A DNA stretch of 64,000 nt from contig CAWAAN010000005.1 of assembly GCA_963779885.1 (NCBI GenBank), positions 20,554-84,553 of the forward strand, read 5' to 3'. Below, piece by piece: positions 1 through 9,255 of this stretch (position 1 is its first letter; each line of letters starts with the position of its first letter). Under the pieces are notes generated by a model. That model was not told the origin of the DNA and did not search any database. It was given only the letters and a program-made list of their open reading frames with translations. Source of the DNA: an uncultured delta proteobacterium (GTDB lineage: Bacteria; Desulfobacterota; Desulfobacteria; Desulfobacterales; SG8-13). A program made the position numbers and the translations under genes.

Positions 1-503
1 GCGCCAGCAAGAATCGCCGCCGCCGTCACCTCGTCCGCCCACGGATTCACCGCGATCCTCTCGCCGGTAAGAATCGGGCGTGTCAGTCCGCTGCGGGTCG
101 GGAGGCGTCCGGTCATGAGGGCGGCGCGGGTGGGCGTGCATGTCGGCTGGGCATAGGTGGACGTGAGCTTAAGCCCCTCGGCGGCGAGGCGGTCGATGGC
201 CGGCGTCGGTGCGCCGATCGCAACGCCGCCGCCATAGGCACCGGGATCACCCCATCCCATGTCGTCGGCCAGAAGGATCAGGATGTTGGGGCTGCGGCCA
301 AATTTTTTTTTAAGGGCTTCCAGCTTGTTCGAAGCCTCAGCCTGCTGATCCGGATGGGGAATGAACTGCTCGAGATACGGCGCGGGCTGAGCCGTCCGGT
401 CGAACGGTTTGGCGACCGCTTCCTGCGCCACCGGCTGCCCGAGAAGTGCGGTCAAAAACACGCAAGCGGTCAGGGCCAGGGCGGTTGTCATCTCTCGTCT
501 CAT
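1..503 (-). CDS. Arylsulfatase, N-terminal part (runs off window edge)
   Basis: Not in ORF track. Hand translation from ATG 503 (AGGAGGTG upstream) gives a signal peptide, [15 protein letters not shown] and the sulfatase motif [12 protein letters not shown] (CxPxR). Confidence 0.9.
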   Translation of the reverse strand, partial: MRREMTTALALTACVFLTALLGQPVAQEAVAKPFDRTAQPAPYLEQFIPHPDQQAEASNKLEALKKKFGRSPNILILLADDMGWGDPGAYGGGVAIGAPTPAIDRLAAEGLKLTSTYAQPTCTPTRAALMTGRLPTRSGLTRPILTGERIAVNPWADEVTAAAILAG

Positions 504-623
504 GCCATCACCTCCTGAAGGGCGTTTGCCATAATGCTTTCAGTGCGGACAGTTTACTCGATTTCATTTTCAGCAGAGATTTTATATTGAAAGCCTAAGG
601 CGGGTCAATACCTAACAAAGAAA

Positions 624-1710
624 GGGACGCTCTCATTATTTAAACTTTACAGACTTTCGCCGACCTGATAGTAAGTATTCATGCCACGCCAATCCAGAAT
701 CGATGCTCCTGGTGCTTTGCACCATGTTATTGCCCGTGGAATCGGACGCCGTAATATCTTCAATGACGATATTGACCGTGATAACTTCATTAGACGCTTG
801 CAAACGGTTCTGGAACAGACGCGAACCGGCTGCTATGCGTGGGCGCTGATTCCCAACCACTTTCACCTGTTGCTGCGCACGGGCGATGTGCCGGTGGCCA
901 CCACGATGCGCCGACTGTTGACCGGCCACGGGGCCACATTCAATCTTCGGCACCGGCGCAACGGGCACCTGTTTCAAAATCGCTACAAGTCCATTTTGTG
1001 TCAGGAGGAGACCTACTTGCTGGAGCTGGTGCGTTACATTCACCTGAACCCGCTGCGGGCCAAACTGGTCAAGAATTTGTCCGAATTGGAAACGTTTCCA
1101 TATAGCGGGCACAGAGAATTAATGGGCAAAGGCCGACACCCGTGGCAAGACACGGCCTTTGTTCTTAACCGGTTTGGCCGCACAACAAAGGCAGCACGGC
1201 GCAAATACGGGGAATTCATTACCAAGGGAATATCGGCGGGCCAGAGGCCAGATCTCATAGGGGGGGGGCTGGTTCGGTCAATGGGCGGATGGTCGGCGGT
1301 CAAGGCGCTGCGAAAAGCCAAGATTTACATGAAAGGCGATGAACGGATTTTAGGTGACAGCGATTTTGTCGAGCAGGTGCTCGAGCAAAGCCAGGAGACC
1401 TATGAACAGAATCAGGCCCTGCAAGCCCAAGGGATAGACACCAACGCCGTGGCCCGACATGTAGCCAAGCTCCTTGACATTGATATCGATCTTGTCTGGT
1501 CGCGCGGCAAGAATCGCACGATTGTCAAGGCCCGCAGCCTTTTTTGCTACTGGTTGGCCGGCGATTTAGGAATCAGTATGTCAGATCTTGCACGGCAACT
1601 GGGCCTATCCGTGACCGCAATCAGTCAATCGGTGGAACGCGGCAAGCGGATTGCCGCTGAGAATGATTTTTCGCTCAAAAATTTAAAACTTTAAATAATG
1701 AGAGCGTCCC
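624..1710 (+). mobile_element. RAYT-like HUH transposase element bounded by 21-bp terminal inverted repeats
   Basis: GGGACGCTCTCATTATTTAAA (624-644) and its exact reverse complement (1690-1710) flank the transposase. No target duplication seen. Confidence 0.8.
681..1694 (+). CDS. Y1 (IS200-like/REP-associated) tyrosine transposase with C-terminal HTH
   Basis: HHVIARG, HUH motif NHFHLL, GHLFQNRYKS, RYIHLNP, and C-terminal HTH SMSDLARQLGLSVTAISQSV. Confidence 0.92.
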   Translation: MPRQSRIDAPGALHHVIARGIGRRNIFNDDIDRDNFIRRLQTVLEQTRTGCYAWALIPNHFHLLLRTGDVPVATTMRRLLTGHGATFNLRHRRNGHLFQNRYKSILCQEETYLLELVRYIHLNPLRAKLVKNLSELETFPYSGHRELMGKGRHPWQDTAFVLNRFGRTTKAARRKYGEFITKGISAGQRPDLIGGGLVRSMGGWSAVKALRKAKIYMKGDERILGDSDFVEQVLEQSQETYEQNQALQAQGIDTNAVARHVAKLLDIDIDLVWSRGKNRTIVKARSLFCYWLAGDLGISMSDLARQLGLSVTAISQSVERGKRIAAENDFSLKNLKL

Positions 1711-1757
1711 CTTTGATACCTTGCGAAAATATTTGCGAACTGGAGCAAGATCTTTTT

Positions 1758-2018
1758 TTATGCTGCAGCTTCGTTAGGAAGTTCCCAGCCTGGAAAGACG
1801 AGAACGCCGGGGTGGACCTTTAAGGCTCGGGCCAGAATTTTAGCTCGCTCCACTCCGAGCCGGACCCGGTCATTTTCGATGGCCGAAATGGTTGCCTGGG
1901 GAATACCTGTTTGCTTCGAAAGTTGGTTTTGGCTTAATTCCTGTAACTCGCGAAGTATACGCACCGATTCGCCAACCGACACATTCGTTCGTTTTTTAGC
2001 GGGACGATAGTCACTCAT
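1758..2018 (-). CDS. higA: XRE-family HTH antitoxin (HigA-like)
   Basis: LSQNQLSKQTGIPQATISAIEN HTH, directly downstream of the toxin. Confidence 0.85.
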   Translation of the reverse strand: MSDYRPAKKRTNVSVGESVRILRELQELSQNQLSKQTGIPQATISAIENDRVRLGVERAKILARALKVHPGVLVFPGWELPNEAAA

Positions 2019-2300
2019 TTAGGGCCTCCGATAGTTGTGAGCGGTTATCGAGTCGACCCGAAACAACAACTCCTCGGGAATCGTGTGGTAAATCACACGC
2101 CACTGTAATCCAAGTCGAGAGGATCGGTAGCCTCTCCACCTGCCGGATAAGGCTTCGTCGTGAAACCCTTTAATCAGCCTCAATCCCGGCGGGCCTGAGA
2201 GGGAAGCGATGTCTTTCCATTTTTCATAACGTTTAAGAATATCTTTTGGGACTGTGTCGACTTGCCGATCTATTCTACGGTGTTCCTCGATCCGCCACAT
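2019..2300 (-). CDS. higB: RelE/HigB-family mRNA interferase toxin
   Basis: 93 aa with HDEALSGRWRGYRSSRLGLQWRVIY; toxin-first gene order. Confidence 0.85.
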   Translation of the reverse strand: MWRIEEHRRIDRQVDTVPKDILKRYEKWKDIASLSGPPGLRLIKGFHDEALSGRWRGYRSSRLGLQWRVIYHTIPEELLFRVDSITAHNYRRP

Positions 2301-2305
2301 GCTAT

Positions 2306-2335
2306 ATCGTATATATCATAAATATGATATGTCAA
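2306..2335 (-). promoter_or_regulatory. sigma70 promoter with palindromic operator; probable leaderless higBA transcript
   Basis: TTGACA-18-TACGAT ends 5 nt before the ATG. Perfect palindrome ATATCATA-aa-TATGATAT (2313-2330) lies in the spacer. Confidence 0.75.
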
Positions 2336-2482
2336 TGACAATTCATGCCAACGGCACACGCCGCAAATGTTAGCCGTTTAATCGATCCTATTCAGTACTG
2401 GTTTTTTTAAAACTTGCCCGACCGGAGGTTCGGGTGTAATAAGTGACCTCATTAAATTATCAATAAAGAAGGAGCATGACGC

Positions 2483-4075
2483 ATGTACAAGGTAATGATT
2501 CGGGACGGCATGTCCCCGCTGGCGAAGGAAATTCTGGAGGCGACCGGTCAGATCGAGGTGGTGGTGGACAACGAGAAAGCCACCGGCAGCCCGGAGGCCC
2601 TGGCGGAAATTATCGACGGATTCGACGGATTGGCCATCCGCAGCGGAACCAAGGTGACCGAACCGGTCTTGCAGAAGGCCGGCCGCCTGAAGGTGATCGG
2701 CCGGGCCGGGGTCGGGGTGGACAACGTGGATGTGGCTGCCGCCACCGAACACGGCATTGTCGTCATGAACGCTCCGGGGGGCAACACCGTCACCACGGCC
2801 GAGCATGCCATCTCGCTCATGCTCTCGCTGGCCCGCAACATCCCCCAGGCCACCGCGTCGATGCGCGAGGGCAGATGGGAGAAAAAACTGCTCAGCGGCG
2901 TCGAAATCACCGGCAAGACCCTGGGTATCATCGGACTGGGCCATATCGGGCGCGTGGTGGCCGAAAGGGCCCTGGGCCTGAAGATGAAGGTGATCGCCGC
3001 CGATCCCTTTGTCAGCCCCGAGGCCGCCAAGCAGTTGCACGTCGAGCTGATGCCCCTGGAAGAGCTGCTGGCGGCGGCGGACTTCATCACGTTGCACGTC
3101 CCGCGCCTGAAGGAGACGATCGGCATGATCAAGGCGGAGACGATTGCCAGGATGAAACCGGGGGTGCGGATCATCAACTGCTCGCGCGGTGACATCATCA
3201 ACCTGGAGGATTTGTGGCAGGCGCTCGAAAGCGGGCATGTGAGCGGGGCGGCCCTGGACGTGTTGCCCAAAGAACCCCCCGAGCCGTCCCTGGCCATCTT
3301 GAAACACCCCCACGTGATTTTCACGCCGCACCTGGGCGCCAGTACCGATGAGGCCCAGAACAAGGTCGCCGAGATGATCGCCAGGCAGATAGCCGATTAC
3401 CTCATCGAGGGGATCATCACCAATGCGGTCAACTTCCCCTCGGTCTCCCACGAGGTCATGGAACAGATCCGGCCCCACATCGACCTGGCGGAGAAGATGG
3501 GGTCGCTGATGGGACAGCTGGTGCGCCAGCCCCACGATGTGACCATCACTTACAGCGGCGATGTGACCCGGTTCGATACCCGGCCCCTCACGCACGCGGT
3601 GTTAAAAGGTCTGCTGGGTGCGTTCACCGACAAGCCCGTCAATTACGTCAGTGCTCCGGCCATCGCGCGTGACAAGGGGATTCACGTGCGGGAAACCACC
3701 AGCCAGGCCAAGGCCGATTTCGCCAATCTGATCAAGGTCAAACTGGAGGGGCTGGACGAGGAAACCGACGAGATATGGGGGACGATCTTCAGCAAAAAGT
3801 ACGCCCGCATCGTGCGCATGGGCCGAATGTTTCTGGATGCGATCCCCGGCGGCTCGATGATCATCATCCAGAATATCGACCGGCCGGGCGTGATCGGCAA
3901 TGTGGGCACCACGCTCGGGCGCCACAATATCAACATCGGACGCTTTCAGCTGGGCCGCCGCGGCGATCGCGCGCTGTGCATGGTCAACATCGACACGCCG
4001 GCCGACGACCGTGTCCTGGAAGACATCCAGGCGCTGCCAAACATTCTTGCCGTCAACCAGGTGCACCTAAACTGA
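2483..4075 (+). CDS. serA: D-3-phosphoglycerate dehydrogenase
   Basis: GRAGVGVDNVD, GLGHIG, TPHLGAST, ASB and ACT C-terminal domains; AAGGAG RBS. Confidence 0.97.
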   Translation: MYKVMIRDGMSPLAKEILEATGQIEVVVDNEKATGSPEALAEIIDGFDGLAIRSGTKVTEPVLQKAGRLKVIGRAGVGVDNVDVAAATEHGIVVMNAPGGNTVTTAEHAISLMLSLARNIPQATASMREGRWEKKLLSGVEITGKTLGIIGLGHIGRVVAERALGLKMKVIAADPFVSPEAAKQLHVELMPLEELLAAADFITLHVPRLKETIGMIKAETIARMKPGVRIINCSRGDIINLEDLWQALESGHVSGAALDVLPKEPPEPSLAILKHPHVIFTPHLGASTDEAQNKVAEMIARQIADYLIEGIITNAVNFPSVSHEVMEQIRPHIDLAEKMGSLMGQLVRQPHDVTITYSGDVTRFDTRPLTHAVLKGLLGAFTDKPVNYVSAPAIARDKGIHVRETTSQAKADFANLIKVKLEGLDEETDEIWGTIFSKKYARIVRMGRMFLDAIPGGSMIIIQNIDRPGVIGNVGTTLGRHNINIGRFQLGRRGDRALCMVNIDTPADDRVLEDIQALPNILAVNQVHLN

Positions 4076-4138
4076 GCCGGGAGCGGCCCAAGGGGGATAA
4101 GCCTCGGGTTTCTTCATGTCTGGCCGGGGTGGCACTTC

Positions 4139-5758
4139 TCACCCCCCGGCCGGAGATGGGTCGGTCTTGGTTGCCAGTTCATGGGCGCCGGTTTTGTCGG
4201 TTTCTATTCCGGCCGGTGACACCAGGATATCGAGGCCGGTTCTTCTCCAGGTCGCCCGTGCTTGCTCCGGCGTGTCGACCAGGGGCTCCTGGCAGTTGAA
4301 AGAGGTGTTGAGCAGCAGGCTGCAACCGGTTTTATCCCGCCAGGTCGTCAGCAGGTCCAAGATAAACGGATCGTCTCCCGCGCCGACGATCTGGGGGCGG
4401 CTGGTGCCGTCGATATGGGTGACGGCCGGAACCTGATCCGCATTTGTTGAGACAATGTAGGACATATATTTGCTCGGCACCCCCCAGTCGCCCAGCACCA
4501 TGGGCGCGAACGGCCGATACCATTCGCGCTGCTTGACATCCCGGTTGAGCCGGTCTCTTCCGTCCGCCAGGCGCGGATCGAGAAGAATGCTGCGGTGGCC
4601 CAAAGCCCGCGGACCGGACTCCGCGCGGCCGTAGCACAGCCCGACACTTTTTCCCTCCTCCAGAAACCGCACCACATCCGCGATGACATGACGGCCAATA
4701 ATGCCCGCATCGGTGCCCAGATAAGGCGGCCACGCGCGGGCGGCCCGCGGCCGATTCAATACGTGGTGCCACACGAAAAGCGCCTGGCCGAGGCTGATGC
4801 CGCCGTCATGCGGCTGGGCCGGCACCCAGGTTCCCGCAAACAACCCGCTCTGGTGAATGGCGGTGTTGGCCGTGCAGTTCATCGAGCATCCGCCCGTCAT
4901 GACCAGCCGGTCCAGCGGCCGCCATGACCTCATCCGGGCCGCGGCCTCGAGATATAACGTTGTCGTCAGCTGTTGCAGCGAGGCGCAGACATCCTGGGCA
5001 AATGGTGCTTGCGGATCGAGGGCCACGATCCCGAAGCGCCCGGCGTCATCACGCAGAAACGGGGAAAACGGATGGTAGAGCATCTGCTGTTTCAGCGTCT
5101 CGACAATCTCATCCCGGGGCGTGCCGTAGCTGGCCAGGCCCATTAATTTGCCGGCGCTCTCCAGGCGCTTCATGTTAAAATTATACTCTCCGATGGAGGC
5201 CCAGGTGCGGCCGATATTGAGCTGCAACTTTCCGCGGCCTTCATGGCCCCAACCGTATTCGATCTCCTCGATTCGGTTGCCCGACCCCCAGGCCAGGGCG
5301 CAATTGCGAAAGTCGCCTCCGCCGTCCGCGGAAAGGATTCCGGCCGTTTCGAATGGCGAGGTAAACAGCGCCCCGGCGGCATGGGCCAGATGATGGTCGA
5401 TCGCGACGCCGTCGTACCAGCGGCCGAACAGCTCGATGCGCTGCCGGCTGTAACGGGCCTCGACCGGTCCCCGCCATCCGGGTTTCTTGAAGTCGGAATG
5501 TTCCTGGTAGGTTTTGCCGTCCAACCGCCACGGCTCCAGGCGGCCGTCGAAAGTGGGTTTGATCCAGGGGCTTATGGCAACGATATCGATGGATTCGGGA
5601 TTCCAGCCGTAGGTCTCCAGAATCGACTCGATGTCGATCAGCCCCTTGTCGTGCTTGACCCGCGTCAGGCGTTCTTTTTCAAGGACGACGACCGGCTGGC
5701 CATCCTCCATCAGGGTGCAGTTGGCATCATGACCGTAAAACAGGGAAAGGATTCGCAT
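4139..5758 (-). CDS. Carbamoyltransferase (NodU/CmcH family)
   Basis: HHLAHA, DGGG, GKLMGLA, ESGPRALGHRSIL, KQREWYRPFAP, LLNTSFN. Confidence 0.92.
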   Translation of the reverse strand: MRILSLFYGHDANCTLMEDGQPVVVLEKERLTRVKHDKGLIDIESILETYGWNPESIDIVAISPWIKPTFDGRLEPWRLDGKTYQEHSDFKKPGWRGPVEARYSRQRIELFGRWYDGVAIDHHLAHAAGALFTSPFETAGILSADGGGDFRNCALAWGSGNRIEEIEYGWGHEGRGKLQLNIGRTWASIGEYNFNMKRLESAGKLMGLASYGTPRDEIVETLKQQMLYHPFSPFLRDDAGRFGIVALDPQAPFAQDVCASLQQLTTTLYLEAAARMRSWRPLDRLVMTGGCSMNCTANTAIHQSGLFAGTWVPAQPHDGGISLGQALFVWHHVLNRPRAARAWPPYLGTDAGIIGRHVIADVVRFLEEGKSVGLCYGRAESGPRALGHRSILLDPRLADGRDRLNRDVKQREWYRPFAPMVLGDWGVPSKYMSYIVSTNADQVPAVTHIDGTSRPQIVGAGDDPFILDLLTTWRDKTGCSLLLNTSFNCQEPLVDTPEQARATWRRTGLDILVSPAGIETDKTGAHELATKTDPSPAGG

Positions 5759-5807
5759 TCACCCTCCGGTGAGTCGCCGTGTGGCGACCGCGGCGCCGAT
5801 AAGTTTC

Positions 5808-5837
5808 TTGACGAAACGGCGCGGGATTGGTTATAAT
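5808..5837 (+). promoter_or_regulatory. sigma70 promoter
   Basis: TTGACG-18-TATAAT upstream of an AAGGAG RBS and GTG 5874. Confidence 0.7.
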
Positions 5838-5873
5838 ACAAATGATATACAACGCATATCAAAGGAGTTCTTT

Positions 5874-6359
5874 GTGAAGATTGCTTATAAATTCAAGGGC
5901 TACCGCGTCCTTCTGGTTCACAACGACGAGCCTTTTTGGGATGACATCCATTCCCGGATTATGAAAACCGACTGCGACCTGTTCGCCGTGAATTCAACTA
6001 AAGACGCCTCGCGGCTCATGCAACTGATGGCGTTCGATATTATCATCAGCGCTTACGATCGCCACGAGGTCGATGGGTGGGACCTGTTCCGCCATGTAAC
6101 CGGTTCCAACCGCAACGCCATTAAAATTCTGCAGAAAAAACGTTCCGACTGCGGCATGAAATGGCGCCTGCAACTGAGCAGCGGCGACGGACAGATAAGA
6201 AATTCACTCGAATTGGAAAGCATGCTGGCCGTCATTTCCGGCGAAATGGAAGGAAATGGCGACACCGGCCAAGTGCCCTTTTATTCTTTGAAACCTCACC
6301 CGGCGGGGATACACCGCCCAGCCCCTTCACGCACGGTTCCCCAGCCCCAGCCGGTGTAA
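5874..6359 (+). CDS. Degenerate receiver (CheY-like) domain protein
   Basis: RVLLVHND...FDIIISAY...DGWDLF follows a receiver pattern but lacks the phospho-Asp. Start set at GTG with RBS. Confidence 0.6.
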   Translation: MKIAYKFKGYRVLLVHNDEPFWDDIHSRIMKTDCDLFAVNSTKDASRLMQLMAFDIIISAYDRHEVDGWDLFRHVTGSNRNAIKILQKKRSDCGMKWRLQLSSGDGQIRNSLELESMLAVISGEMEGNGDTGQVPFYSLKPHPAGIHRPAPSRTVPQPQPV

Positions 6360-6417
6360 TTTCCTGCCCCCATTCTTGCCGGAACCGACCATAACAACAA
6401 GATTACGGCATGCGGCA

Positions 6418-7134
6418 TCAAAACCCGGCCGGCCGGCGGGGCTGATGCGACGCTCCTTCACCGGCCAGCATGATGCGGGCATCGGCCACGACACATTTCC
6501 TGCCGGTGCACTTCACGGGATTGAGATCGACGGTGTCGATCATCGTCGATAGGTCCATGACCAGGGCCGAGAAATTGGTGACAAGCCCGCACAGAGCCGC
6601 CATGTCGACCGGCTCCGCGCCGCGGTAGCCTTTTAACAGTCGAACGCCTGCCAGACTCTCCACCATCGAAAAGACATCGCCGTCGGTCAGCGGGGCCATT
6701 CTCAAGGCGATGTCCTGATAAATTTCAACGGCGGTGCCGCCGATGCCCAGCAGGATGACCGGGCCGAACTGGTGGTCGATCTTGGCCCCGATGATCAGTT
6801 CGATCCCGGCGATAAGCGGTTCGATCAGGATTCCGGCAAAGCCCGGCATCCGGCTGAAACGCTCGAAAACCCCCGTCAGCGCCGCGTCATCTGTTATGCC
6901 GACGGCCACGGCGTTATGCTCGGACTTGTGCACGATTGCCGGCGAGACGACCTTGGCCACCACCGGGTAACCGATCGCGGCGGCCGCTTCGAGCAGCGCG
7001 GGCAGGGTGGGCACCCAGCAAAAATCCGGTACGGGAATGCCCGCCAGAGACAGCAGGCGCTTGGCTTCCGGCTCCAGAACCCAGCCGTGTTTTTTCGCAC
7101 CACCGAGAATATCTTCCATCTCCCGATTCAACAT
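6418..7134 (-). CDS. ADP-forming acetate/acyl-CoA ligase beta (ATP-grasp) subunit
   Basis: EPEAKRLL, IGYPVVAKVVS..HKSE, FGPVILLGIGG, DLNPV..VVADARI. Start reset to ATG 7134, overlapping the alpha-subunit stop. Confidence 0.9.
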   Translation of the reverse strand: MLNREMEDILGGAKKHGWVLEPEAKRLLSLAGIPVPDFCWVPTLPALLEAAAAIGYPVVAKVVSPAIVHKSEHNAVAVGITDDAALTGVFERFSRMPGFAGILIEPLIAGIELIIGAKIDHQFGPVILLGIGGTAVEIYQDIALRMAPLTDGDVFSMVESLAGVRLLKGYRGAEPVDMAALCGLVTNFSALVMDLSTMIDTVDLNPVKCTGRKCVVADARIMLAGEGASHQPRRPAGF

Positions 7135-8495
7135 GTCCGGCACCTCCGCAAGGCATCGACCATCAGCACCGCCCCCTCGATGGAAGAGGAGACCGGAACG
7201 TCGTTCAATTCGAACCCCTCGATCAACATCCGGTATTTTTCCTGGTGGGGCACATACGCGACCAGCGGTTTGTTTTCGCTGCGAAAGACATGGCTCAGCC
7301 GCGCACCCAGATCCGAGGAGATGCCGGGCGAATACGGCAGCAGCAGCAAAATGACGCAATCGATTTCCGGCGCCTGGCTCAGGCCGTTGGCGGCCGCGAC
7401 AAAATCGTCATCGCGGGCGCTGCCGGTCAAATCGACCGGGTTTTCAAGCGAAGCGATCCCCTGGACGCTGGCCGACAGGTTTTCTTTAATCTTCTGGCGG
7501 ACCGGTTCCGAGAGCTGGGGAACCGCCAATCCCGTAGCGGCGCAGATATCGGTCACCAGGACGCCGTGCCCGCCGCTGACGGTGATGATGCCGACCCGGC
7601 CCCGGATTTTCTTGCGGTAACAGCTCAGGGATTCGCAAAATGATACCATCTCGAACTCGTTGTCGGCTTCCACGATGCCGTGCTGGGCCAGAACGGAGGC
7701 AAAAACCTTGTGGTCGCCGGCCAGGGAGGCGGTGTGACTGGAGGCGGCCCGCTGGCCCTCGGTGCTTTTTCCGGACTTGAGCACGATGATCGGCTTGGGG
7801 ACATTCGCGGCGGCCTGGACGAAGCGCCGGCCCTCGTTTTTATCGAAACCCTCCACGTAAAAGGCAATGACGCGCGTTTCGGGATCATCGGACAAATAGT
7901 CCAGCATGTCCACCTCCCGGATCAGGGCCTTGTTGCCGATGCTCACCGCCAGGGACAAACCGACGCCCTGTTCGGCGAATTTGACCATCTGATCCACCAG
8001 CACCCCGCCGCTCTGGCTGACAATGGCGACCGGACCGGGATCGGGGCGTATCAGGCGCTCGCCGGGCAGAAAGAAAGTATCGAAGCGGGCCGGGGCATAG
8101 ATACCCAAGCAGTTGGGCCCGATGAAGGGAAATTCGGCCGCGCGGGCGAGGTCGACTATCTGTGACTGCAAATCGGCGCGCCCGCTTTCGGCGAATCCGC
8201 CCGAAATGATCACGGCCGCCCCGACCCCGCTCTCGATGCAGCGCGCGATGATCGCGGGCACGAATTCGGCGCGCGCGGCCACGACCGCCAAATCGACACG
8301 GGTGTCAATATCGCCGATGTCGGCATAGACCCGGTCTCTCTGGTATTGCCCCCCGCGAGGATTGACGGGAAAGACGTCGACCGGATATCGCAGGTGAATT
8401 TTATTGTAGATGACATTGGCCGGATGGCGGTCGTTGGACAAAGACACGCCGAAAACGGCGATGGTTTTGGGATGAAAAAGCGGGGTAAAATCCAA
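7128..8495 (-). CDS. ADP-forming acetate/acyl-CoA ligase alpha (CoA-binding) subunit
   Basis: PKTIAVFGVS, IGPNCLG, SQSGG, phospho-His motif ASSHTASLAG, NPVDLTG. Confidence 0.92.
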   Translation of the reverse strand: MDFTPLFHPKTIAVFGVSLSNDRHPANVIYNKIHLRYPVDVFPVNPRGGQYQRDRVYADIGDIDTRVDLAVVAARAEFVPAIIARCIESGVGAAVIISGGFAESGRADLQSQIVDLARAAEFPFIGPNCLGIYAPARFDTFFLPGERLIRPDPGPVAIVSQSGGVLVDQMVKFAEQGVGLSLAVSIGNKALIREVDMLDYLSDDPETRVIAFYVEGFDKNEGRRFVQAAANVPKPIIVLKSGKSTEGQRAASSHTASLAGDHKVFASVLAQHGIVEADNEFEMVSFCESLSCYRKKIRGRVGIITVSGGHGVLVTDICAATGLAVPQLSEPVRQKIKENLSASVQGIASLENPVDLTGSARDDDFVAAANGLSQAPEIDCVILLLLPYSPGISSDLGARLSHVFRSENKPLVAYVPHQEKYRMLIEGFELNDVPVSSSIEGAVLMVDALRRCRTC

Positions 8496-8518
8496 AACAG
8501 CCTCCGGTCAAAAAGGGT

Positions 8519-9085
8519 TCAGATTTTCTTGCCGATGTCGAATGCCCGGCCCAGGTAGCGGCCGATACCGTGGTAGGAGCGGATTTCGGGGCCGAAAACA
8601 ATGGGCGCCACTTTTTCGATATCCGGCAAGCCGCTGTCGGCGAGAACCGCCTCGTCGGCCTTGACATCCAGGACCTCCCCGATAAACTGCGTGTGCAGGC
8701 CGAGATCGATGGTCTGAACGAGCTTGCATTCCAGGACCAGGGGGAATTCGGCGATATAGGGCGCATCCACCACATCGCTTTTGACGGGGGTCAGGCCCGT
8801 GGCGGCGAATTTGTCGGTCGTGCGCCCGCTGACAATGCCAAAGTAATCGGCCTCCCGCGCATATTTCTCCGAAGGCACGCTCAGCGTGTATGCCTGCCGC
8901 GCGATGATGTTGGCGTAGCTGTAGCGCGGCTTCTGGAGCGCCACATACACACAGGGTGGTTTGGAACAGCAGATCCCGCCCCAGGCGGCCGTCATGCCAT
9001 TGGGCCGGCCGTCCTTGTCGTAGGATCCGACGATCCACACCGGGGTGGGAAATATCAGCGTCTTGGGACCTATGGATTTTTTCAT
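8519..9085 (-). CDS. Flavin reductase family protein (flavoredoxin-like)
   Basis: PTPVWIVGSYD, AAWGGICCSKPP, LECKL, HTQFIGEV. Confidence 0.9.
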   Translation of the reverse strand: MKKSIGPKTLIFPTPVWIVGSYDKDGRPNGMTAAWGGICCSKPPCVYVALQKPRYSYANIIARQAYTLSVPSEKYAREADYFGIVSGRTTDKFAATGLTPVKSDVVDAPYIAEFPLVLECKLVQTIDLGLHTQFIGEVLDVKADEAVLADSGLPDIEKVAPIVFGPEIRSYHGIGRYLGRAFDIGKKI

Positions 9086-9122
9086 GGATATTTCCTTTAA
9101 CACGAAAATAGAACCGAAAGTA

Positions 9123-9157
9123 GGTTCCGGGTTCAGGGTTAAGCTTTCAGAGTTAGG
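9123..9157 (+). repeat. Degenerate heptamer tandem repeat
   Basis: GGTTCCG GGTTCAG GGTTAAG CTTTCAG AGTTAGG. Confidence 0.5.
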
Positions 9158-9166
9158 AACATAGAA

Positions 9167-9255
9167 TCGTAGGTTGGGGTGACCAAAGCGAACCCCAACA
9201 TCGGCAAGGATTCATTATCTTTGTTGGGGTTCGTTACACTTACCCCAACCTACGA
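9167..9255. repeat. Inverted REP doublet (REPIN-like)
   Basis: GTAG-GTTGGGGT...AACCCCAAC and the inverted copy GTTGGGGTT...ACCCCAAC-CTAC. Confidence 0.85.

Noticed and set aside
636-1112. 158-aa minus-strand ORF
   Set aside because: Antisense shadow of the transposase; no motifs.
2378-3595. 405-aa minus-strand ORF
   Set aside because: Antisense shadow of serA, typical of high-GC codon bias.
9167-9255. Hairpin as an integron attC site
   Set aside because: GTAG-REP architecture, no RYYYAAC/GTTRRRY boxes in cassette context, and no integrase.
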